Shown here piece by piece: positions 19,853 to 30,257 of a DNA stretch of 64,000 nucleotides (positions within the stretch are counted from its first letter, which is position 1; each line of letters starts with the position of its first letter). The notes beneath the pieces are model-generated. The model was not told the DNA's origin, made no database searches, and saw nothing but the letters and a program-made list of their open reading frames with translations. Position numbers and translations under genes: made by a program. The DNA comes from Bacteroidales bacterium (GTDB lineage Bacteria > Bacteroidota > Bacteroidia > Bacteroidales > GCA-2748055), in contig JAXGMU010000001.1 in assembly GCA_040768485.1 (NCBI GenBank), forward strand, positions 63,079 to 127,078. Direction: 5' to 3'.

Positions 19853-21832
19853 ATGGACCTGTCCATCCTCAAGGATATCGTGATCATCTTCGCCCTGTCC
19901 ACCCTGGTGAACCTGGTCTTCAACAGGATACGGGTGCCTACTGTGGTGGGCTACCTGCTCACCGGGATCATCGCGGGTCCGCATCTGCTCAAACTGATCC
20001 ATGCAGAACACAACCTGGAGCTGCTGGCCGAGATCGGGGTGATCCTGCTGCTGTTCACCATCGGGATGGAGTTCTCCCTGAAGCATCTGCTGAAGATCCG
20101 GAGGATTGTCTTTTTCGGCGGTCTGATGCAGGTCTCGGTCACTGCCGGTATCTTTTTCCTACTTTCCGACCTGTACGGGATGGATTGGAAAGTCGCCCTG
20201 TTCATTGGCTTTCTGGCCGCCCTGAGCAGCTCTGCGCTGGTTTTGAAACTTTTGCAGGAACGTTCCGAACTAACGTCGAATTATGGCCGCACCGTGCTGG
20301 GCATCCTCATCTTCCAGGACCTGATGCTGGTTCCCCTCCTGCTGTTCGCTGATATCCTGGGAAACAACGATGGCCATGTGGCCACCGATATTCTCATGCT
20401 CGTCGTGAAGGCCGCAATCATTCTCGGGCTGGTCTATGTTGGTAATAAATGGCTATTGCCCAGATTGTTGCATTTGATTGCCATGACAAAGAACCAGGAG
20501 CTCTTCCTGATCAGCATTTTTCTGATCTGCCTGGCCGTGGCCCTGCTCACCTCCCAGCTGGGCATGTCACTTGCCTTCGGTGCCTTCCTGGCGGGACTCA
20601 TGATCTCCGAGTCCGATTACAGCCACAATGCATTTTCGAACCTGATCCCGTTCAAGGATGTATTCACCAGCTTCTTTTTCGTATCCATCGGAATGTTGCT
20701 CGACCTGACATTCATTATTGATAACTGGCAGCTGGTGCTGGTGGCCGTTTTGCTGGTGATTTTCCTTAAAACGGTCATCGCGGGAGCCACCGGCTTCATC
20801 CTGGGCCATACCTTCAGGGGAACGGTCATGGTGGGGCTCGCCCTCTGCCAGGTCGGGGAATTCTCCTTTGTGCTGGCAAAAATCGGCCTTGACTATTCGA
20901 TCCTTTCCGGTTTCTATTACCAGCTGTTCCTGGCCGTCGCCATCATCACCATGGCACTCACCCCCTTTCTGATAAAACTGTCGGCCCCCCTGGCGGATAC
21001 CCTGCTGAAACTGCCCCTTCCCAAATTTCTGGTGGAGGGTCTTTTCCCGCTGCAGGAAATCGAGATCCCCGACCTGAAAAACCACCTGGTGATCATCGGG
21101 AAAGATGCCAGCGCACTGAAGCTTTCCCTCATGGCCACATTGAACAATATCCGGCACGTATCCATCATCTTCGATCCGCTCATCGCAAAAGAAAAAATGA
21201 AAAGCGGGGACCATGTGGTCTACGGGGATGCGGTCAATGAACCCATCCTGATGAAGGCACATGTGGACCAGTCCGATATTGTGGTTGTTTCCGTGGGGAA
21301 CCTCATCCCGGCCATGGCCATCACAGACAAAGTGAGAAAAATAAACAGGAACGCCTGGATCCTGGTCAGGGCGAAACACATCCAGAATGTGGGCGATCTG
21401 TACAAAGTCGGGGCGGACCAGGTATTTCCGGAAAAACTGGAAATCGCCATCGATCTGTTCAACAGGATCCTGGTCCAGCGCCTCTATCCGCGGAAGGAGG
21501 TGAACCGGATCCTCTCCCACATCAGGACCATGAACCTGGGGGAATTCACCGACAGGGATGTGATCCACCAGCCATCCGTACTGGATGAATTTCCCAATCT
21601 GAACATTTCCGCCATCAAGATCGAGTCCGGTTCCGGGGCGGAAGGAAAATCACTGCTGGACCTTCAGCTCCGCAACAAAACGGGGGTTACTCTGCTTTCG
21701 ATCAAGCGGGGAGCCGAGATCATCGAACACCCCCTGCCCGGGACAGTCTTTCTGACCGACGATATTGCCTACGTGCTCGGGAACCCGGAACAGGTGAACC
21801 TGGCTTCCGAATTATTTTCCCGGGATGATTAA
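19853..21832 (+). CDS. CPA2-family cation:proton antiporter with TrkA-N/TrkA-C domains
   Basis: LAEIGVILLLFTIGMEFS, GILIFQD, QVGEFSFV, YGDA, C-terminal RCK-C domain. Confidence 0.92.
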   Translation: MDLSILKDIVIIFALSTLVNLVFNRIRVPTVVGYLLTGIIAGPHLLKLIHAEHNLELLAEIGVILLLFTIGMEFSLKHLLKIRRIVFFGGLMQVSVTAGIFFLLSDLYGMDWKVALFIGFLAALSSSALVLKLLQERSELTSNYGRTVLGILIFQDLMLVPLLLFADILGNNDGHVATDILMLVVKAAIILGLVYVGNKWLLPRLLHLIAMTKNQELFLISIFLICLAVALLTSQLGMSLAFGAFLAGLMISESDYSHNAFSNLIPFKDVFTSFFFVSIGMLLDLTFIIDNWQLVLVAVLLVIFLKTVIAGATGFILGHTFRGTVMVGLALCQVGEFSFVLAKIGLDYSILSGFYYQLFLAVAIITMALTPFLIKLSAPLADTLLKLPLPKFLVEGLFPLQEIEIPDLKNHLVIIGKDASALKLSLMATLNNIRHVSIIFDPLIAKEKMKSGDHVVYGDAVNEPILMKAHVDQSDIVVVSVGNLIPAMAITDKVRKINRNAWILVRAKHIQNVGDLYKVGADQVFPEKLEIAIDLFNRILVQRLYPRKEVNRILSHIRTMNLGEFTDRDVIHQPSVLDEFPNLNISAIKIESGSGAEGKSLLDLQLRNKTGVTLLSIKRGAEIIEHPLPGTVFLTDDIAYVLGNPEQVNLASELFSRDD

Positions 21833-21843
21833 CTTTGCACACA

Positions 21844-23382
21844 ATGAAAAAGGTAACCGGTATTCTCCTGCTCACCGCCATGTTCTGCGGAACCGTGTTT
21901 GCCCATTCGGGGAAGCCGAGGTACCATGTGATCATCGATACGGACGGGGGACTGGACGATATGCGTGCGCTGAGCATGTTCCTCTCCGGCAACGACATCC
22001 GGGTGCTGGCCATTACCTGCTCGCAGGGGACTTTGTTACCCGGTGCAGTATTCAATAAAGTAAGCAGCCTGCTCTCTGCATTTCATCACGAAGGGATCCC
22101 GGTGGGAATCAGCGCGGGAACAGGCGCCGCAATTCCGGAACGGGCTTCCTTTGCCGGGGATATTCCGTGGGGGGACCCGGTTGGTTCAGGGGGAGATCCC
22201 GCCGTTTCCGGAGGCGACGGGGATTTCGGGGAAAATCCTTCCGGTTCCGGGGGACCTGATTTTACGGGAGGATCTCCGGGATTGTTGACTGAAACCGTCC
22301 TGAATTACCCCGACCAGATCACGCTGATCGCCCTGGGTTCACTGGAGACTTACGCGGACTGGCTGGAGGAGAATCCCGGTATGATTGAGAAGATCGACCG
22401 GGTGATCTGGTCCGGCAGCCGGGAAATCCGGAGTGGTTCTGATTATACGGTGTCTCCTGACAGCTACGAATTCATCCGCCGGAGCGGGATCAGGCTTGAA
22501 GTGGTGACCGGAAGCAGTGAAACGGAACCGCTGAATCTGGATTACCTGGATGCGATCCGGAACACCGGTTCTGTATACGCGGAGCGGATCCTGGATGTAC
22601 ATTCCCGGGATGAGATCACAAAAATAATGGAAGAAGGGCATCTTTACATGCATGATGATCTGGTTCCGCTCTATCTGACCGTGCCCCTTGTATTTGATAC
22701 AAAATCCACGGACAGGACCACCTTCGCCTCCTTGAACAAGCTGATCCCTACGGAGTTTATTTACGAACTGATCGGCCGACTCCTCAACTCGGCCACCGTC
22801 ACAAATAATCGTGTATTTAATACGTTCCCGGTCGATACGAACCTGTATAAGCCGGCATATGCAGCCATACTGAACGAGACCATAGGAAAATTCGGACCTG
22901 CAGAATGGAAAGCCATCAGCCTGACCAACGAAATCCACGGTCATACCGGGATCTATTCCATCATCGGGGCCAAGATGGGTATCAGGGCCATGGATTATTT
23001 TAACGTGGGGATCAATAATCTTTCCGTGAAGACCTTTGCCGGGAACGATCCGCCCCTGAGCTGCTTTAACGACGGGATCCAGATCAGCACGGGAGCCACG
23101 ATCGGACAGGGACTGATCACCGTATCCGACAGCATTTCAAAGATCCCTTCGGCCATATTTGAGTTCAACGGCCGCAAAGTCCGCATTTCCGCCACACCAG
23201 AAATTGCGGAACAGATGCAACGGGAGATCATGCACGGGGTGGCCACCTACGGCCCGCTCACCGATCCCTACTGGCTCTATATTGAAGACCTTGCATTGCG
23301 GTACTGGGCCGAATTTGACCGCACGCAAATTTTTATCATTGAAGCCATGGGCGTTCCTGCAGCCGGGAAAGAACCGAATTGA
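21844..23382 (+). CDS. Exported nucleoside hydrolase-like domain fused to FmdE/FwdE domain
   Basis: Signal peptide; IIDTDGGLDD (IU-NH Asp cluster) and MHDDL; C-terminal EIHGHTG...IGAKMG...SCFNDGIQISTGATIGQG (FmdE). Confidence 0.8.
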   Translation: MKKVTGILLLTAMFCGTVFAHSGKPRYHVIIDTDGGLDDMRALSMFLSGNDIRVLAITCSQGTLLPGAVFNKVSSLLSAFHHEGIPVGISAGTGAAIPERASFAGDIPWGDPVGSGGDPAVSGGDGDFGENPSGSGGPDFTGGSPGLLTETVLNYPDQITLIALGSLETYADWLEENPGMIEKIDRVIWSGSREIRSGSDYTVSPDSYEFIRRSGIRLEVVTGSSETEPLNLDYLDAIRNTGSVYAERILDVHSRDEITKIMEEGHLYMHDDLVPLYLTVPLVFDTKSTDRTTFASLNKLIPTEFIYELIGRLLNSATVTNNRVFNTFPVDTNLYKPAYAAILNETIGKFGPAEWKAISLTNEIHGHTGIYSIIGAKMGIRAMDYFNVGINNLSVKTFAGNDPPLSCFNDGIQISTGATIGQGLITVSDSISKIPSAIFEFNGRKVRISATPEIAEQMQREIMHGVATYGPLTDPYWLYIEDLALRYWAEFDRTQIFIIEAMGVPAAGKEPN

Positions 23383-23383
23383 G

Positions 23384-24157
23384 ATGACCTATCACACCTA
23401 TACGTCCGTTCCGTTCCCGCGCATCCGGAAAGCCTCCGTGGACCTGTTCAGGGCTGCCAGTCGCAAGCATATGATCCACAGCATGATCGAAGTGGATATC
23501 CACGGCCTCCGGGACCGTATCCGGACCGCGCGCAGGGAAACCGGTGAATTCATTTCCCTTACCGGGTACCTGATCGCCCAGATCGCCAGGGTTGTCGAGA
23601 AGAATCCCCAGGTACATGCTTACCGGAACCGGAAAAACCAGCTCATATTGTTTCAGGAAGTGGATGTGAGTACCACCATAGAGCGAAAGACGGGCGGACA
23701 GCATCTTGTGGTTCCGAAAATCATCCGTGCTGCCAACCGGAAATCCGTTCCGGAAATATCAAAGGAGATACAGGATGAAAAAACAGCTGAGACCTCAGAA
23801 GCAGAAGTCTACAGGATGATGAAGCTGTATCTGTCCCTTCCTGTTTTCATCAGAAGCTGGATGTTCCGCATCCTGGACCGTTCCCCCGTGCAGATGAAAA
23901 AAAGGGCCGGGACCATCATGGTCACCTCCGTCAATATGGCCGGCGAAGGAGCGGGATGGGGGATCCCGGTGGCCAGTCACACATTCAATGTGGTAATCGG
24001 GGGCATTGTCAGAAGAGCTGTTAAAACAGGGGAGATCACAGCGGAGAGGGAACATATTTGCCTTACCCTGAGTTTTGACCACGACATCGTAGACGGCGCC
24101 CCGGCCGCCAGGTTCACACGCCAGTTGATAAAACAGATACAGAACGGTGAAATATAA
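23384..24157 (+). CDS. Stand-alone 2-oxoacid dehydrogenase E2 catalytic-domain (CAT-like acyltransferase) protein
   Basis: LTLSFDHDIVDGAPAARF; no lipoyl domain. Confidence 0.85.
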   Translation: MTYHTYTSVPFPRIRKASVDLFRAASRKHMIHSMIEVDIHGLRDRIRTARRETGEFISLTGYLIAQIARVVEKNPQVHAYRNRKNQLILFQEVDVSTTIERKTGGQHLVVPKIIRAANRKSVPEISKEIQDEKTAETSEAEVYRMMKLYLSLPVFIRSWMFRILDRSPVQMKKRAGTIMVTSVNMAGEGAGWGIPVASHTFNVVIGGIVRRAVKTGEITAEREHICLTLSFDHDIVDGAPAARFTRQLIKQIQNGEI

Positions 24158-24167
24158 TTACGGCACC

Positions 24168-24644
24168 ATGGAGGATCAGATGCAAATCAAACCGGTAGGG
24201 CGTGTCAGGGTTAGGGACGGCCATTTTTCTGTACACCTGGAAAAAGAATTTATTCCGGCGCTGAAAAACATTGAAGGATACAGTCATCTTCAGATTATCT
24301 GGTGGGCACACCTGACCGATCAGCCAGAAAAAAGAAAAGTGCTGAATACAGGGAAGATATTTAAAAAGGGGCCCGGTGAGATGGGTGTATTCGCCACACG
24401 GTCGCCGGTCCGGCCCAACCCACTTATGATCAGCACGATAAATGTTATTGAAATAAAAGCTGAGGAAGGAATCATTACGATGCCTTTCATGGATGCAGCG
24501 GACCAGTCGCCTGTGCTTGACATCAAACCATATCTTCCGATGGAAAGAGTCCGCGACTGTGCCGTGCCCGAATGGTGCAGGCACTGGCCTGCATGGTATG
24601 AAGAAACTCCCGGATTCAACTGGGAACAGGAAATTAACTTTTAA
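24168..24644 (+). CDS. TrmO/TsaA-like SAM-binding methyltransferase domain protein
   Basis: IKPVG, GVFATRSPVRPNPL, SPVLDIKPY. Confidence 0.85.
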   Translation: MEDQMQIKPVGRVRVRDGHFSVHLEKEFIPALKNIEGYSHLQIIWWAHLTDQPEKRKVLNTGKIFKKGPGEMGVFATRSPVRPNPLMISTINVIEIKAEEGIITMPFMDAADQSPVLDIKPYLPMERVRDCAVPEWCRHWPAWYEETPGFNWEQEINF

Positions 24645-24654
24645 ATACAGCATT

Positions 24655-26706
24655 ATGAAAAGTATCTATTTGTCGTTTGTATTTGCGCTCATCATAACAG
24701 CCTGCAACAATGTGCAAAAACCTGTTAAACCCATGACTTCCCCCGTTGACGAAGCGACCATCCTGTCATCCATACAGGATCTTACCGGAAAGTACGGCGA
24801 GGAGAACAGCAACCGCATCGAAAAAGGCGTGAGGCAGGTGGCCTCACTCTGGAGAGCGGAGGACGGAAGCGGTGAGGAGTTCCGTGCTTTCGTCTCGGAC
24901 CGGTTTGTGGCTGATCCCGCCGAACGGGAGCTTGTATTTGAGAAAGTCTCCCGCAACATGGAGATCCTCTATGGCCATTTCAACAAAATGGTGCTTGACC
25001 TGCAGGTTCCACTGCACCTGGACGTGGGGCCTATCCACCAGGTCGACCAGGCATTCGGAGCCTACAGCCCGGGGGCGCATCTTTCCGAGGATTTCTACCG
25101 GAACAAGATCGCCTTCACCATCGCGCTTAACTTCCCTCCTTACAGCCTGGCAGAAAAAAACGAGCTCGGACCCACCTGGTCCAGGAAAGAGTGGGCCTAC
25201 GCTCGGATGGGTGACCTGTTCACCTCCAGGGTGCCGTCTGAATTAAAGCAGACAAACTCCGAGGTGGCTACCGCATCGGATATATACATCGCCGATTACA
25301 ACATATACGTGGGCCAGCTGCTGGACAGGGAAAACAACCGGCTCTTTGAACCCGGGATGAAACTCCTGCTTCACTGGAACCTCCGGGATGAGATCAAGGC
25401 CAATTACGCGGGCAACGGCGTTGAAAAACAGCGGCTCATTTACCAGGCCATGAAGCGGATCATCCACCAGGAGATCCCGCAGGTTTTCATCAACAGCGAG
25501 GAATACACCTGGAACCCTTACACCAACGAGATCTTTAAAGACGGGAACCCGGTGGATCGCGAAGCCGAGCCGGACGAACGTTACCGGCAGTTATTGAATA
25601 ATTTCCGGGCACTGAGCGCCATGGACCCCTATGAACCCGAACTGAACACGTTTGTCAAAAGGAGTTTTGAACAAGACAAGGAGATCTCACGTGAAGAAGT
25701 GGAATCATTGCTAACCGAATATGCATCCTCCCCGTTACTGAAAGAGATCGCCGGCCTCATCAAGAAAGACCTGGGCAGGGAGCTTGAAGCCTTTGATATC
25801 TGGTATGACGGCTTCAAGCCCCGCAGCGGGATCGATCCCGAAAAACTGGATCAGATCACCCGGCAAGAGTATCCCGATGTGGAAACCTTTGAGAAGGATC
25901 TTCCCGTGATCCTTACAAAACTGGGATTCACGAAAGAAAAAGCCGCGGAGATCACCTCCCGGATCGTGGTGGATCCTGCCCGGGGTTCGGGGCATGCATG
26001 GGGTGCTGCCATGAAATCTGAAAAGGCACACCTGCGAACCCGCGTGGGTGAAAACGGGATGGACTACAAAGGGTACAACATAGCCATCCACGAGTTCGGG
26101 CACAATGTGGAGCAGACCATCAGCCTCTATGATGTGGATTACTATATGCTCAACGGGGTGCCCAACACGGCTTTTACAGAGGCGCTGGCATTCATGTTCC
26201 AGAAACAGGACCTGAAGCTGCTCGGCATGGACCAGCCCGATCTCCTTTACCGCCACAGGGAGGTGCTGGATGATTGCTGGTCCGTACTTGAGATTGCCTG
26301 TGTTTCCCTGGTGGACATGCGCACCTGGGAGTGGATGTATGATAATCCGGATGCCACACCTGCTCAGCTCAGGGAAGCGGTCATCCGGATTGCCCAGGAA
26401 GTCTGGAATGAGTTTTTTGCACCTCTCTTCGGCAGCGAGGACGAACCCATCCTGGCCGTGTACAGTCACATGATCAGTAATCCGCTTTATTTATCCAATT
26501 ATGCCGTCGGTTCGCTGATCCAGTTCCAGGTGGAACAATACCTGGAGGACAAAGATTTTGCGGCAGAAGTGCAACGCATCTTCAGCCTTGGCAGGCTGAC
26601 CCCGCAGGAGTGGATGAAACAGGCCGTGGGAAGCGAAATTTCAGCCGAACCCATGCTGGCAGCAGCCAGAAAAGCACTGGATGCGCTTCAACAGGCAAAC
26701 AATTAA
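24655..26706 (+). CDS. Lipoprotein, probable M3/M32-like (gluzincin) metallopeptidase
   Basis: Lipobox IITAC; HEFGH followed by downstream Glu (NTAFTEALA); HMISNPLYLSNY. Confidence 0.65.
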   Translation: MKSIYLSFVFALIITACNNVQKPVKPMTSPVDEATILSSIQDLTGKYGEENSNRIEKGVRQVASLWRAEDGSGEEFRAFVSDRFVADPAERELVFEKVSRNMEILYGHFNKMVLDLQVPLHLDVGPIHQVDQAFGAYSPGAHLSEDFYRNKIAFTIALNFPPYSLAEKNELGPTWSRKEWAYARMGDLFTSRVPSELKQTNSEVATASDIYIADYNIYVGQLLDRENNRLFEPGMKLLLHWNLRDEIKANYAGNGVEKQRLIYQAMKRIIHQEIPQVFINSEEYTWNPYTNEIFKDGNPVDREAEPDERYRQLLNNFRALSAMDPYEPELNTFVKRSFEQDKEISREEVESLLTEYASSPLLKEIAGLIKKDLGRELEAFDIWYDGFKPRSGIDPEKLDQITRQEYPDVETFEKDLPVILTKLGFTKEKAAEITSRIVVDPARGSGHAWGAAMKSEKAHLRTRVGENGMDYKGYNIAIHEFGHNVEQTISLYDVDYYMLNGVPNTAFTEALAFMFQKQDLKLLGMDQPDLLYRHREVLDDCWSVLEIACVSLVDMRTWEWMYDNPDATPAQLREAVIRIAQEVWNEFFAPLFGSEDEPILAVYSHMISNPLYLSNYAVGSLIQFQVEQYLEDKDFAAEVQRIFSLGRLTPQEWMKQAVGSEISAEPMLAAARKALDALQQANN

Positions 26707-26754
26707 GCAAGGGATGTTTTAAATAACAATGTTTTCTCTATTTTTGTAGTCCCC

Positions 26755-26829
26755 GGGGTGTTAGCTCAGCCGGTTCAGAGCGCATGCTTCACACGCATGA
26801 GGTCACTGGTTCGAATCCAGTACATCCCA
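26755..26829 (+). tRNA. tRNA-Val (anticodon CAC)
   Basis: Acceptor GGGGTGT/ACATCCC, D arm GCTC..GAGC, anticodon arm CATGC-TTCACAC-GCATG, T loop GGTTCGAATCC; TATTTTTG -7 box upstream. Confidence 0.95.
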
Positions 26830-26839
26830 CATTGAATAT

Positions 26840-26875
26840 AAAGCAGTTATGAGATGTATATCTTGTGGCTGCTTT
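26840..26875 (+). terminator. Stem-loop after tRNA (probable intrinsic terminator)
   Basis: AAAGCAGTTATGAGAT / ATCTTGTGGCTGCTTT pairs with G:U wobble and is followed by a T-rich tract. Confidence 0.6.
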
Positions 26876-26962
26876 CTTATTTGCATGCGATTTGCACAAT
26901 GCACTCCTCTAAAACCAATGTAATTTCAGGGACTTTCTTTCTCTTCAGTAGGTAGCATTAAC

Positions 26963-27145
26963 GTGTCGGCGTATTTAAAGGAGCTTGTCAGGGATGACTG
27001 GAAGGGAATGAAGGTCCGCCAGACGGCAAAAGGAAGTTTGAAGGGCTTGTATCATTTTGCTAAAGCGTACCTTTGGGATAAGAATGAGAACCGGGTAGAA
27101 GAAAGGATGTTAGTAATCAGAAGGATCAGAAATAACAAAAAATAA
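26963..27145 (+). mobile_element. Transposase remnant, IS701-like internal fragment
   Basis: DWKGMKVRQTAKGSLKGLYHFAKAYLWDK...ERMLVIRR resembles the W..+R...KG.L....H....+W......L++R segment of IS701 transposases; no proper start or ends. Confidence 0.5.
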
Positions 27146-27150
27146 TTTTT

Positions 27151-27824
27151 ATGAAACGAAGTGAAATAAACCAGCTCATCCGTGAGTCCATTGAATTTTT
27201 CAACCAGATGAATTTTAAGCTTCCGCCATGGGCATTTTGGAAACCTGCAGACTGGAAAGGGAAGTACGAAGCCTGCTCCGAAATAGTGGACAACATGCTG
27301 GGTTGGGATTTAACTGATTTTGGCAGTGGCGACTTTCACCGGCGCGGGCTCATTCTTTTCACCCTTCGCAACGGCAATCTGAAAAAAGACAAAAAGCCTT
27401 ATGCCGAAAAAGCGATGATTGTGGAAGAAAACCAGGAAACACCCATGCATTTTCATTGGGGAAAAATGGAAGATATTATTAACCGGGGTAGCGGAAACCT
27501 GGTTCTGGAACTGTTTGCATCCAATGAAAAAGAAATGCTCTCCGATGAAGAATTCGATATTCAGATCGATGGGGTAAAACATCACCTGGAACCCAACGCA
27601 CGGGTAGTACTTAACCGGGTGAAAGCATTTGCCTGGAACAGAGAATTTACCACCGGTTTTACGGCGAACCGGGAAAAGGAAAAGTTTTTGTGGGCGAAGT
27701 AAGCGCGGTAAACGACGACACTTCCGATAACCGTTTCCTCGATCCCGTAGGTCGATTTCCCGAAATTGAAGAAGACGAGGAACCATTGCACCTGCTGGTT
27801 TCAGATTACAAAAATTTTATTTAA
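27151..27824 (+). pseudogene. D-lyxose/D-mannose isomerase family cupin, frameshifted near 27613
   Basis: N-part GWDLTDFG...YAEK...TPMHFHWGKMEDIINRG; conserved C-part PGESICLEQRIYHRFYG...VGEVSAVNDDTSDNRF...GRFPEIEEDE lies in another frame after CTT AA CCG (one A missing). Confidence 0.88.
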
Positions 27825-27836
27825 CGTATTTATTGT

Positions 27837-29030
27837 ATGACAAAACAGATCGAAGTAGCGGGAGTCGGATGTTGTTTGGTGGATTATTTGTTCAACAGCA
27901 TCGCATTCACTTCGGAAACCTTTTCAAAGTATATCTCAAAAAAGAGCGGCGACGGAGGTTTAACTCCCGGCCAGCTTGTTTTTGTTGAAGAGTTTGAAAA
28001 ATTCTCGAATCAGGATTTGGAGTTGGCTATTCAGGAAATTACACACAGCAAACCGCCCGATAAAGTTAATATTGGAGGCCCGGGAATCGTTGCACTCATT
28101 CATACCGCCCAAATGCTTGAAAAAACGGGTTGCCAGGTGCGGTTTTACGGCGGCCGGGGCGAAGACGGGGCCGGTGAATACCTGCAATCGTCGCTTGAAA
28201 AAACACCGGTAAATATCGACAATTACAAACGGGTAAACGGAGCCACTCCCTCTACTGTTGTGCTGTCCGACCCCGGTTTTCATAAAGGGACCGGGGAGTG
28301 CATTTTTATTAACTCCATCGGAGCCGCGGGGAATTACCTTCCCGATTACCTCGATGACCGGTTTTTTTCGTCAAATGTGGTTGTTTTTGGCGGCACAGCC
28401 CTGGTGCCTGCTATTCACGACAACCTGACTGAGCTGCTCACCCGGGCTAAAGCCAATGGTTGTGTTACCGTTGTAAACACGGTTTACGATTTCAGGAATC
28501 AAAAGGCAAATCCCGGTAATAAATGGCCCATGGGGAAAAGCGATGAAAGCTACCGTAACATCGACCTGCTGATTACAAACCACCAGGAAGCACTTCGGCT
28601 AAGCGGAAAATCAAAATTAAATGAGGCGATTGCGTTTTTTCACAAGGTTGGCACAGGCGCTGTAATGGTAACCCACGGGGCAAAAAATATCACAATTTTT
28701 GCCGGAGAAAGCTCCATTTTCGAGAAAACCGAACTGACTGAAATGCCTGTATCTGAAGCCATTTCAGAAGAATTAAACAAGAACCATTCAGGCGACACCA
28801 CCGGTTGCGGTGATAATTTTGCCGGAGGTGTGATTGCCAGCCTTGTTATGCAGCTTCAAAACAACATATCGAAATTTAACCTTAAAGAAGCCGCAAACTG
28901 GGGAATTGTTTCAGGTGGTTTCTCATGCTTTTACATGGGCGGAACATTCCATCAAAAGGAACCCAGAGAAAAACGAAAACAGATTACGCCTTATTACGAA
29001 GCCTATTTGAAACAAATCAATGAACGATGA
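27837..29030 (+). CDS. PfkB-family carbohydrate kinase
   Basis: NIGGPG, NHQEA, VTHGA, DTTGCGDNFAGG signature. Confidence 0.9.
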   Translation: MTKQIEVAGVGCCLVDYLFNSIAFTSETFSKYISKKSGDGGLTPGQLVFVEEFEKFSNQDLELAIQEITHSKPPDKVNIGGPGIVALIHTAQMLEKTGCQVRFYGGRGEDGAGEYLQSSLEKTPVNIDNYKRVNGATPSTVVLSDPGFHKGTGECIFINSIGAAGNYLPDYLDDRFFSSNVVVFGGTALVPAIHDNLTELLTRAKANGCVTVVNTVYDFRNQKANPGNKWPMGKSDESYRNIDLLITNHQEALRLSGKSKLNEAIAFFHKVGTGAVMVTHGAKNITIFAGESSIFEKTELTEMPVSEAISEELNKNHSGDTTGCGDNFAGGVIASLVMQLQNNISKFNLKEAANWGIVSGGFSCFYMGGTFHQKEPREKRKQITPYYEAYLKQINER

Positions 29031-30228
29031 TAAAACGATATTAATCTTTGGAGCAGGTAAAATTGGCCGCTCTTTTATTGGTCAGTTGTTCGGGCAATCG
29101 GGCTACAATATAGTTTTCACCGATATTAACCTGGATTTGGTAAATGAGCTCAACCGAAGAAAATCGTACCCGGTTGTCATCAAAGGAAAAACCGAAGAAA
29201 CCATTCTGGTGAAAAAAGTTAGGGCCGTTTCGGGGCTGGACCGCGACGCAGTAATAAAAGAAGTCGCAAAAGCTTCCATCATGGCTGTTTCGGTAGGGAA
29301 AAATGCATTGGAAAAAATTATTCCGATTATTGCAGAAGGGCTGAAACTAAGGCAGAAATTGACTCCTGACAAGCTTCTGGATATCATCATTGCAGAAAAT
29401 ATGTGGTCGGCCGGTGAATTTATCCGCTCCGGGCTCAGGGAACATCTGCCGAAAAATTATCCGTTAAACAAACTGGTGGGTTTAGTAGAAACAAGCATCG
29501 GGAAGATGGTTCCCATCATGACTGACGAAGAGCTGAAAAACGACCCGCTGCTGATTTTTGCAGAACCATACAACACCCTCATTCTCGATAAAATGGGTTT
29601 TAAAGGTCCAATCCCCAAAGTAAAAGGGATTAGCCCGAAAGAAAACATGCAGGCGTGGGTTGACCGCAAAGCATTTATTCACAATCTGGGACACGCAACA
29701 GCTGCTTATATCGGCAATTTCAACTACCCGGAGGCCAAATACATCTTCGAAGTTCTGGCCGACAAAAATATACTGGAAGTAACCCGAAAAACGATGCTCC
29801 AGGCAGCAGAGATACTTGTCATCTATTATCCTGATGACTTTACATTCAGCGGCCTGGAAGAACATATTGACGACTTGCTCAGCCGTTTTCAAAACCAGGC
29901 ATTAAAAGATACGGTGTTCAGGGTTGGACAGGATTTACCGCGCAAACTGGGGATCAACGACCGTTTTGCAGGCATCATTCAAATGGCACAAAAAAGGGGG
30001 CTTAAATACGACCAGATTATTTTAGCCATGACGCACGGACTTTTTTTCAGAAAAACAAACGACCATAAAAAATCAAACCTCCAGGATGAGCTCTTTTTGT
30101 TAACCCTAAAAAACAAAAGCCTGGAAGAAGCATTAATCATGCATTGCGGATTCCATCCTGAAAGAAACAAAGGACTGCTGAATGAGCTGAGAATTCTCTA
30201 TAGCAACCTGGTTGAAAAAAGAATCTAA
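29020..30228 (+). CDS. Mannitol-1-phosphate 5-dehydrogenase family protein
   Basis: FGAGKIGRSFIG, IIIAEN, RKAFIHNLGH, RFQNQALKDTVFRVGQDLPRKLG. Confidence 0.88.
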   Translation: MNDDKTILIFGAGKIGRSFIGQLFGQSGYNIVFTDINLDLVNELNRRKSYPVVIKGKTEETILVKKVRAVSGLDRDAVIKEVAKASIMAVSVGKNALEKIIPIIAEGLKLRQKLTPDKLLDIIIAENMWSAGEFIRSGLREHLPKNYPLNKLVGLVETSIGKMVPIMTDEELKNDPLLIFAEPYNTLILDKMGFKGPIPKVKGISPKENMQAWVDRKAFIHNLGHATAAYIGNFNYPEAKYIFEVLADKNILEVTRKTMLQAAEILVIYYPDDFTFSGLEEHIDDLLSRFQNQALKDTVFRVGQDLPRKLGINDRFAGIIQMAQKRGLKYDQIILAMTHGLFFRKTNDHKKSNLQDELFLLTLKNKSLEEALIMHCGFHPERNKGLLNELRILYSNLVEKRI

Positions 30229-30257
30229 TACGAAATATTTAAATTTCATAATCCGAA

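Noticed and set aside
19694..20086. 259-aa version of the DUF302 ORF, and similar long N-terminal extensions (10907, 23159, 24493, 5001)
   Set aside because: The extensions overlap real neighbouring genes; downstream ATGs match family starts
20567..21568. Long antisense or alternate-frame ORFs (e.g. 20567..21568, 11230..12009, 39828..40631, 25735..26469)
   Set aside because: Shadows of well-supported genes, with no motifs of their own
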